A DNA stretch of 64,000 bases from an uncultured delta proteobacterium (GCA_963804955.1 CAWDSQ010000011.1:64001-128000), one strand, 5' to 3'; numbered from the stretch's first letter, positions 47,259 to 61,260 are shown. Numbers and translations are program-made. The notes: a model not told the origin generated them from the letters alone.

Positions 47259-47615
47259 ATGATCAGGCCTTCGCATAAAGAGATACACAATAAAATCAGT
47301 GAAGCAAAAGAGGCTGCGGCAAGGCAGAAGATTGCTATTGTCGAGCCCATGAGTTTTGCTGCCGATGCTCTCGATCTTGATTATCCGGTTGAGTCAATTT
47401 CAGAAATTCTTCATATCCTTTTGGATGAAATAACACCCGAGCATTATGCCGGGCACCGGCCGCCGCAGCGCTCGTATGAGAGCTGCATACAGGGGGCTGA
47501 CCTTTTTGCCTTTCAATGGAAGAGCAGCGTATTGAACGGTGAAATTTATTTTAAATTTGCCCTTAAAGAGGGCTGCCTTTGGCTTGTGTCGTTGCATAAA
47601 AGCCGAAAAAAGTAA
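47259..47615 (+). CDS. MqsR-like putative toxin
   Basis: Toxin-first position; YAG..PP, IYFKF...LVSLH C-terminal motif. Confidence 0.6.
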   Translation: MIRPSHKEIHNKISEAKEAAARQKIAIVEPMSFAADALDLDYPVESISEILHILLDEITPEHYAGHRPPQRSYESCIQGADLFAFQWKSSVLNGEIYFKFALKEGCLWLVSLHKSRKK

Positions 47616-47627
47616 GGAGCAGGCATC

Positions 47628-48431
47628 ATGAATTGCCCCAATGGACACGGCGTTATGCCGCTGAAAAAAATTGAAAAAAAAATAACGTTTCGCGATGTTG
47701 CTGTATCCATTGCGTCACGGCTGCACGTATGTCCTGTGTGTGAATTGGAAGCGGGCACTGTTGAGCAGACCGCCGGACTGCAGAAGGCCATTGCCGATGC
47801 CTATCGTAAAAAGGTTGGGCTCCTGACAGGCGATGACATTCGCACTTTGAGAAAGAAAGCACATAGTACCCAGGACGAGCTTGCCGAGCGCATGGGTGTC
47901 GGAATCGCCAGTATAAAACGCTGGGAGGGCAGCCAGATTCAAACAAAATCAATGGATCAGGCGCTGCGGAGAGCTTTGGTTGAATTGAGGCCCGCAAGCG
48001 ATCTCAACGGCAACAGAGACTTGTCGATTCCCCGAATAAAGCTTGTGCTGACGCTTTTTGAAACGTGCCTTGGTTTCAGGCTTATCGAGGGAAACGACCG
48101 GATGCTTTTTGCAGCAAAGTATCTGTGGTATGCGGACATGGCGGCATGCAGGGATTTGGGTGCAAGCATGACCGGGGCAACCTATGCCGCTCTGCCCTAT
48201 GGGCCGCAATTAAACAACTATAAAGACCTGCTGGATTTGATCAAAAAATCCGATACAAAAAAAACCGAGCCCCTTGCTGCGGAAGAACAACAAATTATTG
48301 CTGCAATCGCCAGGGCCTTCCCCTCAGGCAAAAAGGTCTATAACGCTGCTCACCGGGAAGCAATCTGGAAAAAAACAGCCGTAGGAGCTATTATTCCGTA
48401 TTCAGCGGCCTCCGAATTGACTGCGATTTAG
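47628..48431 (+). CDS. MqsA-like antitoxin: Zn finger + Xre HTH + DUF4065 (Panacea/SocA) domain
   Basis: CPNGH..CPVC, TQDELAERMGVGIASIKRWE, KYLWYAD..MTGATYAALPYGP. Confidence 0.8.
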   Translation: MNCPNGHGVMPLKKIEKKITFRDVAVSIASRLHVCPVCELEAGTVEQTAGLQKAIADAYRKKVGLLTGDDIRTLRKKAHSTQDELAERMGVGIASIKRWEGSQIQTKSMDQALRRALVELRPASDLNGNRDLSIPRIKLVLTLFETCLGFRLIEGNDRMLFAAKYLWYADMAACRDLGASMTGATYAALPYGPQLNNYKDLLDLIKKSDTKKTEPLAAEEQQIIAAIARAFPSGKKVYNAAHREAIWKKTAVGAIIPYSAASELTAI

Positions 48432-48474
48432 CCGGGGGAGAGAGCTAAACCTGTGGCCTGTTGTCCCCGATTAT

Positions 48475-48675
48475 TTTATGTTCGTGTTGACATCGAGTGA
48501 ATAGAAGTCTTTAAGGTGCCAGTTTGGTACCTTAAGCGCCAGGCCAATGATCGCTTCGTAGGGGCGTATGGCATACGCCCAATTTCCGCTTGATCATCTG
48601 CCGGCAGTTGATCAACGGCCAAAACGAAAAAGAGGATTCACCGTAAAAGAAAAACGCGCGGCTTATGCGGTGTAA
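48475..48675 (+). pseudogene. ORF6N-domain gene scar with internal REP-like palindrome, copy 2
   Basis: Direct repeat of 46087-46290 with the same TAG, deletion and palindrome. Confidence 0.65.
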
Positions 48676-48826
48676 TGAAATAAAAATGTGGGGTGAATTT
48701 TTTATTGAGTAGTTTCCCGATAAATCCAGAAAGACACGTTCCGCTTATTTAAAAATAAAACAGCCGAGGAGTTTTGCATTATTAGGGCTGCTAAAAAAAG
48801 AATGTCTATAATAGAGGCAACTTTAT

Positions 48827-49666
48827 ATGAGACAAGAATATGAAAATGAAATTCGAAAACAACCAAAAATAAAAAGAATCCATAATAACTTTCGAATTGC
48901 TGAATATGAAGATGCATTCGGGTTACATAGGCAGTTGTTAACAGAGGCAAAAAATTTTCTCGCAACGGAAAGGAGAATCAAGAGCTGGCATAATGCGGCG
49001 ATTGATTTGCTGTTTGTAAGGGCTTTCGATACTTTTAATTCAATACTACTGCTTTGCGAAAATGGTTACGGCACTGATGCGTTAATTTTATTAAGGTCTC
49101 TTTTTATTAATTATATATATTGCAAGTACATAATGACGGGTAACAAGGATGAGTTGGGTTTGCGCTTTATTAGATATGAAAAAGTTGTAGCAAAAAAATT
49201 ATATGCCGCTCCCGCTGAAGATAAAATGTATTATGAGCAGCATAAGGAGATTTTAGATTCCTACGATGATGAATACAAAAAATTCAACGATGATTATTCG
49301 TTTGGCGGAAAAAATGGAAAAAACAAAATTGATTTAAGGGAATGGACGGGAAAAACCCTGTGTGACCTTTCAATTTTCGTTGATGAAAAAGAATACTATG
49401 ATACGGTTTTTTTTGTGACCTCCGCATCCTCCCATGTGAATAGCTTTAGTGTAAGTCGTGCGCTAGATCCAGAAGCGAAAGATTATGAAACGGATGTTGG
49501 TGCGAGCGATAGAGAAGTTAACAAAGCATTATTTATATCAGAGGGTTTTTTTATTCACATTCTTGATTTTTGGGCAACAAGTTTTAATGTTAAATTCGAT
49601 GGAAATATATACATCGACAAACTTAAAGCAATCGGTGCAGTTTTAACTGCAAATAAAAAAACATGA
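48827..49666 (+). CDS. DUF5677-like (HEPN-like) helical protein
   Basis: ILLLCENGYGTDALILLRSLF, EWTGK, YDTVF..TSASSHVN; AT-rich. Confidence 0.6.
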   Translation: MRQEYENEIRKQPKIKRIHNNFRIAEYEDAFGLHRQLLTEAKNFLATERRIKSWHNAAIDLLFVRAFDTFNSILLLCENGYGTDALILLRSLFINYIYCKYIMTGNKDELGLRFIRYEKVVAKKLYAAPAEDKMYYEQHKEILDSYDDEYKKFNDDYSFGGKNGKNKIDLREWTGKTLCDLSIFVDEKEYYDTVFFVTSASSHVNSFSVSRALDPEAKDYETDVGASDREVNKALFISEGFFIHILDFWATSFNVKFDGNIYIDKLKAIGAVLTANKKT

Positions 49667-49699
49667 AACCAATAAATCTACTTGAAAATAATATTAAGC

Positions 49700-49744
49700 A
49701 GGGTGGGTGCAACCCACCAGTTCGTAGGATGCGCCGCGCGCACC
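49700..49744. repeat. REP-like palindromes
   Basis: AGGGTGGGTGCAACCCACC and GTAGGATGCGCCGCGCGCACC. Confidence 0.5.
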
Positions 49745-50160
49745 ATTGACGGTCGGGGTGTGGGATTTTGTGTTGATATGCCTTGGGTGTGCAAAACCGG
49801 GTTGTTGATGGGGTTTTATAATTTGATTGTTATGATTGAGTATGAAAAGGGGACAGCTGTTAATGCTCAGCTGGACAAGGGGTCAGGTCTACGTTTGACT
49901 TATGAATGTGCGAGCCTGCAGGGCGGTTGTCGGGCGGTGGAAAATTCCGGGACGTAGATGCATTAGTAGAATTGCTTTAGCAGCAACCAGCGGATCGGGC
50001 CGCAATAAGAAGCTTTTCCAGAAACTCTGCATGTAATAGATACTGCCCCCTGATTCCGATCCCCATGCAAAGAAAAAACCACGATTGGAATTTGTGTTTG
50101 CGCTTTTGTGGGTTTAGACTATAATTATAGTCACTTTGAAAGCGCAAAAGGAGTTTGCCC

Positions 50161-50433
50161 ATGACTAAAACAATTCCGCTTGCCGAGGCGAAAAAAAGCC
50201 TTTCGGCGATCATCAAAGATGTTGATGAAAAATATGACCGGTTTGCCATTACGAAAAACGGTGTCAGCAAAGCTGTTATCCTGAGCAGCGACGAGTTTGA
50301 GGGGCTTCTGGAAACCCTTGATATTCTTTCCTGCAAGGAAGAGCGGGAAGCCATTGGCAGGGCAAAGAAACAGGTGCGCTCGGGGCAGACCGTTTCTTTG
50401 CATGAGGTAAAAAGCAAATACGGTTTTAAATAA
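50161..50433 (+). CDS. Phd/YefM antitoxin
   Basis: IPLAEAKKSLS, ITKNG..AVILS.DEFE...ETL. Confidence 0.9.
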   Translation: MTKTIPLAEAKKSLSAIIKDVDEKYDRFAITKNGVSKAVILSSDEFEGLLETLDILSCKEEREAIGRAKKQVRSGQTVSLHEVKSKYGFK

Positions 50434-50693
50434 TGCAGTACAGCATTGAGTTATCCCGCGAGGCTGCCGGCGATATTGACGAATTGCAGAGGGCTGATAG
50501 AAAGCTGTGCGGTCGGATAATCAAAAAACTGACATCTCTTGAAGACAGCCCGCAGGCAGGCAAGCCGCTTGTCGGCAACCATGCTGGTGAATATTCCCTG
50601 CGAGTTGGCGATTACCGGATTGTATACGAAATTGACCGTAAGAAACATACGGTCTACATCCTTACCATAAAGCACAGAAGACATGTGTATTAG
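50433..50693 (+). CDS. RelE/ParE toxin
   Basis: TAATG coupling; GKPL.G, YSLRVGDYRIVYEI, IKHRRHVY. Confidence 0.9.
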   Translation: MQYSIELSREAAGDIDELQRADRKLCGRIIKKLTSLEDSPQAGKPLVGNHAGEYSLRVGDYRIVYEIDRKKHTVYILTIKHRRHVY

Positions 50694-50817
50694 CGGGGGT
50701 TGGGCTAAGCCTCGATCCTCTCCCCCTTGCGGGGGCGAGGAGGCATTTTGCTTAATTCGCATGCATTGCGATAAACCGCTGCCTTGCGTAAATTGAGCAT
50801 ACAGGCAAGAGGGAATT

Positions 50818-51714
50818 ATGAAAAAACGCACTGGTTCGACGCTTAGTTTTTTTCCGGGGTTTGAGCCGTTCCGCATTGCAACGGCAGGCGCCGAGATCAA
50901 TGGCGTGATCGGCGGCAGCGGGCCGCCGGTGCTCCTCATGCATGGCTGGCCGCAGTCCCATGTGGAATGGCATCGGGTGGCGCCGCTGCTGGCCCGCAAT
51001 TTTACCGTTATTGCCACTGATCTGCGGGGTTATGGCGACAGCAGCATTCCTGCCGACGGCGTCAACCATGAAGGGTATTCCAAGCGGGAAATGGCCCGTG
51101 ATCAGATTGCGGTCATGCGCAGTCTGGGTTTTGAGCGTTTCGCTGTCGCCGGGCATGACCGCGGCGCGCGGGTCGGGCAGCGCATGGCAATTGACCATCC
51201 GGCTGCAGTGAAAAGGCTTGCGCTGATAGATGTTGTTCCGACATACAAATTGTACACCCATCTGACAAAAGAATTTGCAACTGTGTACTACCACTGGTTT
51301 CTCCTGATCCAGCCTCCGCCGCTGCCGGAAACTCTTCTCGGGAACAGCGCAGAGTTTTTTCTGCGAAACTGGGCCTTTAGCGGCTTGATTCCCGGGGTGA
51401 TCAGCGCTGAAGCTTTTGCCCACTATCTTCGCTGCTTCACAAATCCTGCGACGCTCCATGCCATGTGCGAGGATTACCGCGCCAGCGCAACGATTGACCT
51501 GGAGCATGAAAAAAAGGAGTGCAAGAAGAAAATGCAATGCCCGGTTTTGGTGCTCTGGGGAGCTCAAGGCGCCATGGGCAGGCTCTATGATGTACAGGCT
51601 GAATGGCAGGCCCGGGCTCTCAGTGTGCGGGGCAGGGCATTTGATGGAGGGCACTGGCTGCCTGAGCAATTTCCGGGAGACGTAGCCGCTGAGCTCGCAG
51701 CTTTTTTTATGTAG
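50818..51714 (+). CDS. Haloacetate/fluoroacetate dehalogenase-like alpha/beta hydrolase
   Basis: HGWPQ, DLRGYG, YSKREMA, GHDRGAR, YYHWF, CEDYRA, GGHWLPE. Confidence 0.85.
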   Translation: MKKRTGSTLSFFPGFEPFRIATAGAEINGVIGGSGPPVLLMHGWPQSHVEWHRVAPLLARNFTVIATDLRGYGDSSIPADGVNHEGYSKREMARDQIAVMRSLGFERFAVAGHDRGARVGQRMAIDHPAAVKRLALIDVVPTYKLYTHLTKEFATVYYHWFLLIQPPPLPETLLGNSAEFFLRNWAFSGLIPGVISAEAFAHYLRCFTNPATLHAMCEDYRASATIDLEHEKKECKKKMQCPVLVLWGAQGAMGRLYDVQAEWQARALSVRGRAFDGGHWLPEQFPGDVAAELAAFFM

Positions 51715-51746
51715 TGTGCAGGGTGTGCTTATCCGTATCCCTGTAG

Positions 51747-51790
51747 AAAAAAATAACGGCGGCAAAGGGCATATCCTTTAGCCGCCGTTA
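51747..51790. terminator. Terminator between convergent genes
   Basis: AAAAAAATAACGGCGGC...GCCGCCGTTA. Confidence 0.7.
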
Positions 51791-51812
51791 TGCATATCTA
51801 TAGGTGCTGGGG

Positions 51813-54398
<2,586 letters not shown>

Positions 54399-54434
54399 GG
54401 GCTTTCCCCTGACTCCAGTGTTTTATTTTCTTAA

Positions 54435-54462
54435 ACTATAAGTACGACAGGCGGAAAGTCAA
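54435..54462 (-). promoter_or_regulatory. Sigma70-like promoter of clpB
   Basis: TTGACT-N16-TATAGT on minus strand. Confidence 0.5.
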
Positions 54463-54666
54463 TACGGCAGGAGAGATGCCGTCTTGTGATTGGGGCATGA
54501 AGAGGAGAGGCCTCCAAGGCCTTTAAGTGTTTGAAAAAACTTTGCACATGAGCACAGGCAGCGCCTTGATTTTAAAGCCTGAACCTGCGGGTTTTCTGTC
54601 AACAAAAGCCTGAAAGGATGCTATATAAACCGGCAAACCGCTCTGCTATTCAGGAGGTACTACTCT

Positions 54667-56107
54667 ATGCGAAAAAGCCTTGTACTGGTTCTGCTCATAT
54701 GCGCCTGCTGCGCTCACCGCCTGCCTTCCTCTGCCGGGCAAGTGCTTTCGGATGCTCTGCTTGTAGCGGGCGGATACGTACAAGGCCGGCTGGCCGCTAT
54801 CTCGAAGCGCTTTCCCTGTATCGCGACATTGCCATGAATCCCGCCTGGGCGGAGCGCGCGGGAGCGCCTCTGTACCTGAGCATGGCAGGTATGTACCGCG
54901 ACTATCTTGGCGATACGGCCGAGGCGGATATCTGGTACAGCCGCTACCGGGCACATGCGCCGGAAGCTCCGGCTGCACCGGCCATTGATAAAAGGGTTCT
55001 CGCAGCCGATCAGCCCATGCCGGCCTGTATACGGATTCTTCTTGCCGACAGCTCAGACCAGGTGCGCATCGCCTCCGGCTCCCCTCTGAAGATTTCCAGC
55101 GGCAAGGCTGAAACCATCAGCGCTGGCCCGGCCATTGTCTGCTCCGCCGACCACAACGGCATTAGTGTGAATAATGGCGCACCGGTTCGACGGACCGGTC
55201 AGGGTAACTCCTGCCGATGGCCAGAGCGTTTCCATGGACGGAAAAGCCTACCGGGGGCTTCTCACGCTCTCGGCAGCACAGGGGCGCCTGCTTGTGGTCA
55301 ATCATATTCCCCTTGAGGACTATCTCTGCGGCGTGCTGCCCCGGGAAATGGCGCCCTCCTGGCCGCTGGAGGCACTGAAGGCGCAGGCCGTGGCAGCGCG
55401 GACCTATGCCCTGTATCATATGCTGCTGCGGCGCGCTGATGCCTATGATGTGCTCTCCACCACCTCGTCGCAGGTGTATGGCGGCAGCGAAAAAGACTAT
55501 CCGGCGGTACGACAGTGCAGTGGAGGCAACCCGGGGGCTGGTGCTTGCCGAAGGCGGCAGGCTCGCCCTCACGCTTTTTCATGCCAACAGCGGCGGCAGG
55601 ACCGAGTCGTTTGAAAATATCTGGGGCGGCAGGCTTGCCTATCTCAGCAGCGTTGAAGATCCGTTCAGCAAAAAACGTCCCCGGCGATGCGTGGGAAAAG
55701 ACGCTGACGGCAGAGGAGATAACAGCGGCATGCGTGCAGTTCGGCATTGCCGCCGGAGCAGTACAAGAGATTGCGCCGGTGGAGCGCTCTGCATCAGGAA
55801 GAATACAAAAGCTGAAAGTAGTGACTGACAGCCAGACATTTTTTCTTTCGGGCAACAGCTTCAGGCTTATTGTCGGTCCGGGGAAGATAAAGGGAGCAAA
55901 CTTCGAGGTGCGAAGCAGAAGGGGCAGTTTGTATTCAATGGCAACGGCTATGGCCACGGCGCAGGCATGAGCCAGTGGGGCGCCAATGCCATGGCAAAAA
56001 AAGGCTCTGACTATCGGGCCATTCTCGAATTGTATTATCCGGGAGCACACATAGTGCGGATTGCAGCAGTAGTTCATTTCCCCTTGTACAATAGCCAAAA
56101 AAAATAA
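54667..56107 (+). CDS. SpoIID/LytB domain protein, frameshifted
   Basis: [49 protein letters not shown]. Confidence 0.9.
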
Positions 56108-56324
56108 AGCATACAAAAGTCCGACAAAGTCTTTTGCTCGTCATGCTAGCGGAAGCCGGCATCCAGGATTTGTTGGGTTCGCCCTTATGCCGGTACTTGT
56201 TCGTAAGCAATTGTTTTTGCGCAGGTTGGTTTGAGGCACGAAACTCAACGGTTTCTTCCGGGCTTAACCCAACCCAGAAATGGCTTTCCTGTACTATGCG
56301 AACATTATGATGAAACACCTGTTT

Positions 56325-57160
56325 TTAGCTGGCGCGCAGCTCCTGCCATACTTCCAGATAGTGTTTCAAATGCTCATTCTCCGGGCTTTCTGCTTTTTCC
56401 CTGAGCATGTCTTCAAGCTGCGCTTCTTCCGAAGAAAAATGTCCGTGGTCAGGTGTCCGGCCATCAGCGCGGCCCGCAGCCATACAAGATAGGTCGTGAG
56501 GGCATCGCATTCATTGTATTGAACGATGCGGCCAATGTCTCCCTTTATCCATAAATCGACAACATCCTGGCCATCGGTTCCGATCTTGCCCGGAATCCTG
56601 CACACCGTTGCCAGTTCATGCAGGCTGGGAGTAGCCCTGCCCCAGCCGCCGAACTCTTCCTTGAGGTCGATATTGTAATCGCTGCCGCGGGCGAAATAGT
56701 CAACTCCCTCCCATGGCTTTGCCGGGCGCCGGCAAAAGTCGGGCAGGCACAGGCTGTTGGCAAGCGAGCGCTGCATCAGAATGATAATGTCGGATGACTG
56801 CGAGTTATACCCCACGAGCTGGGGTTTTGCTTTTCCGAGTGCCGACAGAAAACGAAAAATAATGTCGGCTTCGGTGGCCTCCATGGCATCCTGCATCGGC
56901 AAAGAATGAAGCTTGAGCGAAACCGAGCCGTCTTTGCCCTGCCTGCGGATCACCGACGCAATTGAAACAACCCGGCACAGCACGGTCTTCAGGTACGGCT
57001 GCGGGTCCTCCTCCGTGGCGCCTCCTTTCTCCCACATATGCCTGCGGACCTCATCGTCGCTGAGGGAAGCAGGCAGTCCATACACCCTGCGGCCGGACTG
57101 GGGATCAGGCACCCACTCCACATCAAAGGCCCATACTTCCTGCGGCACGATTTTCAGCAT
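56325..57160 (-). CDS. PolB-like 3'-5' exonuclease family protein
   Basis: WAFDVEW, QLVGYN...D, IPGK, YNECDALTTY (DEDDy). Confidence 0.85.
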
Positions 57161-57309
57161 AGCTTCCCCTTTCTGTGGCTTAATTAATTGCTATCGGAAT
57201 CGACGGTCAATGCAGGGCAGTAACGTGAAAGCCGAGCAAACCCCTTACTGTCGCCGGAAAGAATACAGGGAAACACGGCGTTGTGTCAAGCCATGCGACA
57301 GCATTAGAT

Positions 57310-57951
57310 CTAAAGCAGCATGTGCAGGAGATCTGCGGGTGAGCTTAAGGAAAAATCCCGGCTTTCGCGGCCAGTCCGGCTCCGTCGTGAAAGCCCCACC
57401 CGGCAAAAGCGCTGTCGATGCCGCAGCGGCTTGCAAATTCAAGATCGATGGGGCTGTCGCCCACCATGAGACAGTCTTCCGGCGAAAACTCTTTACCCTG
57501 CCTGCGGTAGTGGGCGCAGATGCGGGTGAAGGCATCGGGGTCGGGCTTGGGTATGCCCTGGTCAAGGGAGGCGATGAAGTCGAAGTAGTCACGGATGCCG
57601 GCATTGCCGAGCGTGCGCAGGCTGCCTTCATAGGCCTTGTTGGTGGCAATGGCAAGCGGCACTTTGCCGCGCAGCTGCTCCAGAAGCTCGGGCACGCCGG
57701 GGAAGGCAAGCTCCATGTGCGTGTATTTGTGATAATGCTTTCTGTAGGCTGCGCGAGCAGCCTCTATATCCTGCAATGCCCAGTTCACGCAGGATATCGC
57801 TCATGGGAAGACCTATGTGAACGGGCCTTTGCGCAAGCTGCTCCTGCGTGAGCCCCATTTCACGGGCCATGTCGGCCATGGCAGCCATGATGGAGGCCTT
57901 GCTGTCTACCAGCGTGCCGTCGAGATCAAAAATGATGAGCTTATAGTTCAT
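57310..57951 (-). CDS. HAD-family hydrolase (phosphoglycolate phosphatase-like), frameshifted
   Basis: IFDLDGTLVDS, IATNK, PKPDP, MVGDS..D. Confidence 0.9.
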
Positions 57952-58038
57952 CGTTCACCGCAGTGAAAAAAACCGGGCATGCGCCTTTTTACGACTCATG
58001 CCCGGTTTAATCCAAAATCTAAATTTCAAAATCAAAAA

Positions 58039-59282
58039 TTAGAACTTATACCCTACGCCGAAGCCGACAATATGCGTTATGCCCTCATGCGCACGGCCCT
58101 TCAGCACGCCGTCTGCAGGACGGGCATTGTAGCTCCAGTTTTCGCCGACGAGATAGGTGTAGGAGAGGTCAAGGGTCCAGGCGCGCCACTTGAAGCCCGT
58201 GCCGATGCAGTACAGCTGGCGGTCATTGGACGGAACGAGATAGTCCTGCGTTTTTCGCGGAATCGGGCCATTATCATACACATATCCGATGCGCAGGTCG
58301 CACCAGTCCGTGACGCCATACTCAACACCCACCTGCCAGCGCCATACATCGTTCCAGTCCTTGGCTTTGGTCACACGGCCCATGCCGGCAACATTGTTGT
58401 CAAATTGTATGCTCATCTGGTCAAAGCTGCTCCAGCGGGTGTACACGGCGCTGAATTCGATGCTCAGGTTGCGCAGCAGCTGGAAGTTGACGCCCATCAT
58501 CAGCTCATCGGGCAGCGTCACATGGGAGTCGATCGCGCCATCGCGGAAAAGCCCGCTGGAGCTGGCCCAGCCGGGCTGAATAAAGTCGGAGCGGCCGCTG
58601 AGGTTGACGCGTATCTTGCTGCGGTAGGAGAGGCCGAGCTTCAGCCAGTCCAGCGCCTTGTAGTGCACGCCGAAATTATACCCAACGCCGTAGCCGTTGC
58701 CGGTAAGGCTTGTGTCATAGCCGAAAATAGGCGCCTTGGACTCAAGCTTCAGGTCCATGCGGGCAAGGCTCACGCCTGCCGAGAGCGACAGCTTGTCATC
58801 CACCTTCCAGGCTATGTTCGGGATTGAACTCCAACCACGCGCACAAAGGCATTGTAGCTGTTGGTAGCGCCGGGCCAGTCTTCTTCAAACTCCGTTCCGA
58901 GACCGAAGCGGGCAAAAAATCCCGCGCCCAGCCACAGGCGGTCATTGAGCTGATAGGTGAGATAGGCATAGGGCGGCGCGAAATAGTTCCACTTCAGCTT
59001 GGAGTCATCGCTGCGGCCGAACCGTTCGGTGGTCATATGGGTTGACGGCATGATGATGGAAACGCCCATTGCCGTCTGCGTGCCCGGCAGCTGCGTGATG
59101 CCGGCGGGGTTGAAAAATACCGCCCCGGGATCATCGGCCTTGGCGATTACCGATCCGCCAAGAGCATTGGCGCGCACGCTGCCTTCATACAGCGCAAATC
59201 CTCCGGCGAATGCCGGCCCGTTCAGTACAAGCAGGCTCAAGCAGACAAGTAAAACGGTACAGCTGTATCCTTTTTTTCTCAT
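58039..59282 (-). CDS. FadL/OmpP1/TodX outer membrane transporter, frameshifted
   Basis: AFA-GGFALYE, DDPGAVFFNPAG, FGLGT, C-terminal GYKF. Confidence 0.9.
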
Positions 59283-59417
59283 CCTCCATCCTCCTGTGTC
59301 GTGTGTTGTTGGCGGGTATATGATATGCGGGAATGGACAGGAACATATCCTATTTTATAGAAATGGGCAATAAGAAATCAGCAGTGGCAGTGATTAATGC
59401 GGGGCGCGGGATGCTGC

Positions 59418-61019
59418 TTACCGGCTTTTTTTGACCAACAGGCCTGTCAGCCTGCGCCGCAGCGGCGCCAGCTCCTGTATGCCCGCAACACTGAGGGCTG
59501 CCCCATAGAAAAGCCCGCCTGCCGCAATGGCTGCAAAAAGGCCAACTGCTGCACCCACTGCGCCGGTGCCGGCCCAGCCTGAGCAGAGGCGGTTGACGCC
59601 ATAGGCTACAATGCCCATGCACAGCGACACGGGCAGAATCCTTGCCAGGCTTCCGCGCTATGCGCCTGATGTCATAGCCCTGCGACCTGACGGTACAGCA
59701 TGAAGCTGAGCAAGGAAAAATTGGCCATCATGCACAGTGAGGTTGACAGCGCGATGGCCCTGTGCTGGAAGGGCCCCAGGAATGTCAGGACAAAACAGAT
59801 GTTCAGCGCCACGGTAATAAAAGAGGCGACGACGGGGAACCTGGTTTTGTTGAGCGCATAAAAGACCGGCACCACGATCTTCTGGGCTGCATAGGCAAAC
59901 AGACCAATGGCATACAATGCAAGGGCGCCTGCAGTTTGTGCCGTGTCGGCGGCGGTGAAGCGGCCGTGCTGATAGATGACGCGTATAATGGGTTCGGCGA
60001 GCACGATGAGGCCCACCGTGGCAGGGATTGAAAATACGAAAGACAGAATGGTTGAGGAGACATAGGCCTGCCGCAGGCCCTGTATATCGCCCTGAGCGGC
60101 ATAACGCGAGACCACCGGCATGGTCGCAATTGAGAGAGAAACGCCCACCAGGCCGATGGGAAACATCATGATGCGGAAAGCGTAGCTGAGCCACGAAACG
60201 CTGCCTTCGGCACAGCTTGCTGCAAAAAATGTATTTATAAATATATTGACCTCAACTGCGGCAAGGCCGATAACCGCCGGCAGCATCAGCTTGCCGACCC
60301 GAACAAGGCCGGGATCGGTGAAATCAAGTACCGGCCGGTAGCGGAAACCCTTCCCTGCGCAGTGACGGCCTTTGAACCCACAGCTGCAAAAAGCCGCCCA
60401 CCAGCACGCCGAGTGCCATGCCGACAATCGGATGAAGCCCCACCAGCGGCATGCAGAAGCTGAGCAGTATGCCTGAGGCAATGGATCCGAGGTTGAAAAA
60501 ACTCGAGGCCATAGCCGGCATGAAAAAACGGCCGAAGCTGTTGAGCATGCCCATGGCTATGGCCGACAGGCTTACCAGCAGCAGAAACGGAAACATGATC
60601 CATGTCATGAAGGTCGTCAGCTCGATTTTGCCGGCAACTTTGGCAAAATCAGGGCTCATGATGCGCACGATAAAACCGGAGGAAAACATGCCGATAAGCG
60701 ACAGCCCACCCACAATCACCAGCGCAGCAGTAATAACCGTGTTTGCGAGCCGCCAGGTATTCTCCGGGCCTTTTTTTGTCCGGTAGTCGGTGAATACGGT
60801 CACAAAGGCAGAGCTGAGCGCACCCTCGGCAAACAGATCCCGCAGAAGGTTGGGTATGCGATAGGCCACCACGAAGGCATCGAAGGCGAACCCGGCGCCG
60901 AAAAAAGCCGCAAAAACCTGCTCGCGGACAAGCCCCAGAATGCGGCTTGCAAAAACGGCGATGCCCACCGTTCCTGCTGAACGGGCTATGGTAGTGGTCT
61001 GCGAAGGGTCTGCGCTCAT
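59418..61019 (-). CDS. murJ: Lipid II flippase MurJ, frameshifted
   Basis: SRILGLVRE, DAFVVAYRIPNLLRDLFAEGAL, LSYAFRIMMFPIG. Confidence 0.93.
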
Positions 61020-61260
61020 GGGCAAGTCCTGGATGAAAATTCAATCGATCATGCCACAGCAGCGCTTTTGAAGACAAGCAAATAATTGACAGACGCTGGT
61101 GCCGGCGCCGCATCCGGTTGCCGGGAGGTTATTGGCATGGCAGGGATTGCTATCATTTCTTTTAACTGTTCTGCATACAGGCTTGCGGGCAAAATACGGT
61201 CGGCCGCTTGCGGCAGCACAGTCTGCATAACCATACGCGCCGCATACACAAAGGCGGGCA

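Noticed and set aside
43700..50750. Integron cassette array
   Set aside because: No RYYYAAC...GTTRRRY attC structures after the genes and no intI
54399..54660. CIRCE element upstream of clpB
   Set aside because: No TTAGCACTC-N9-GAGTGCTAA
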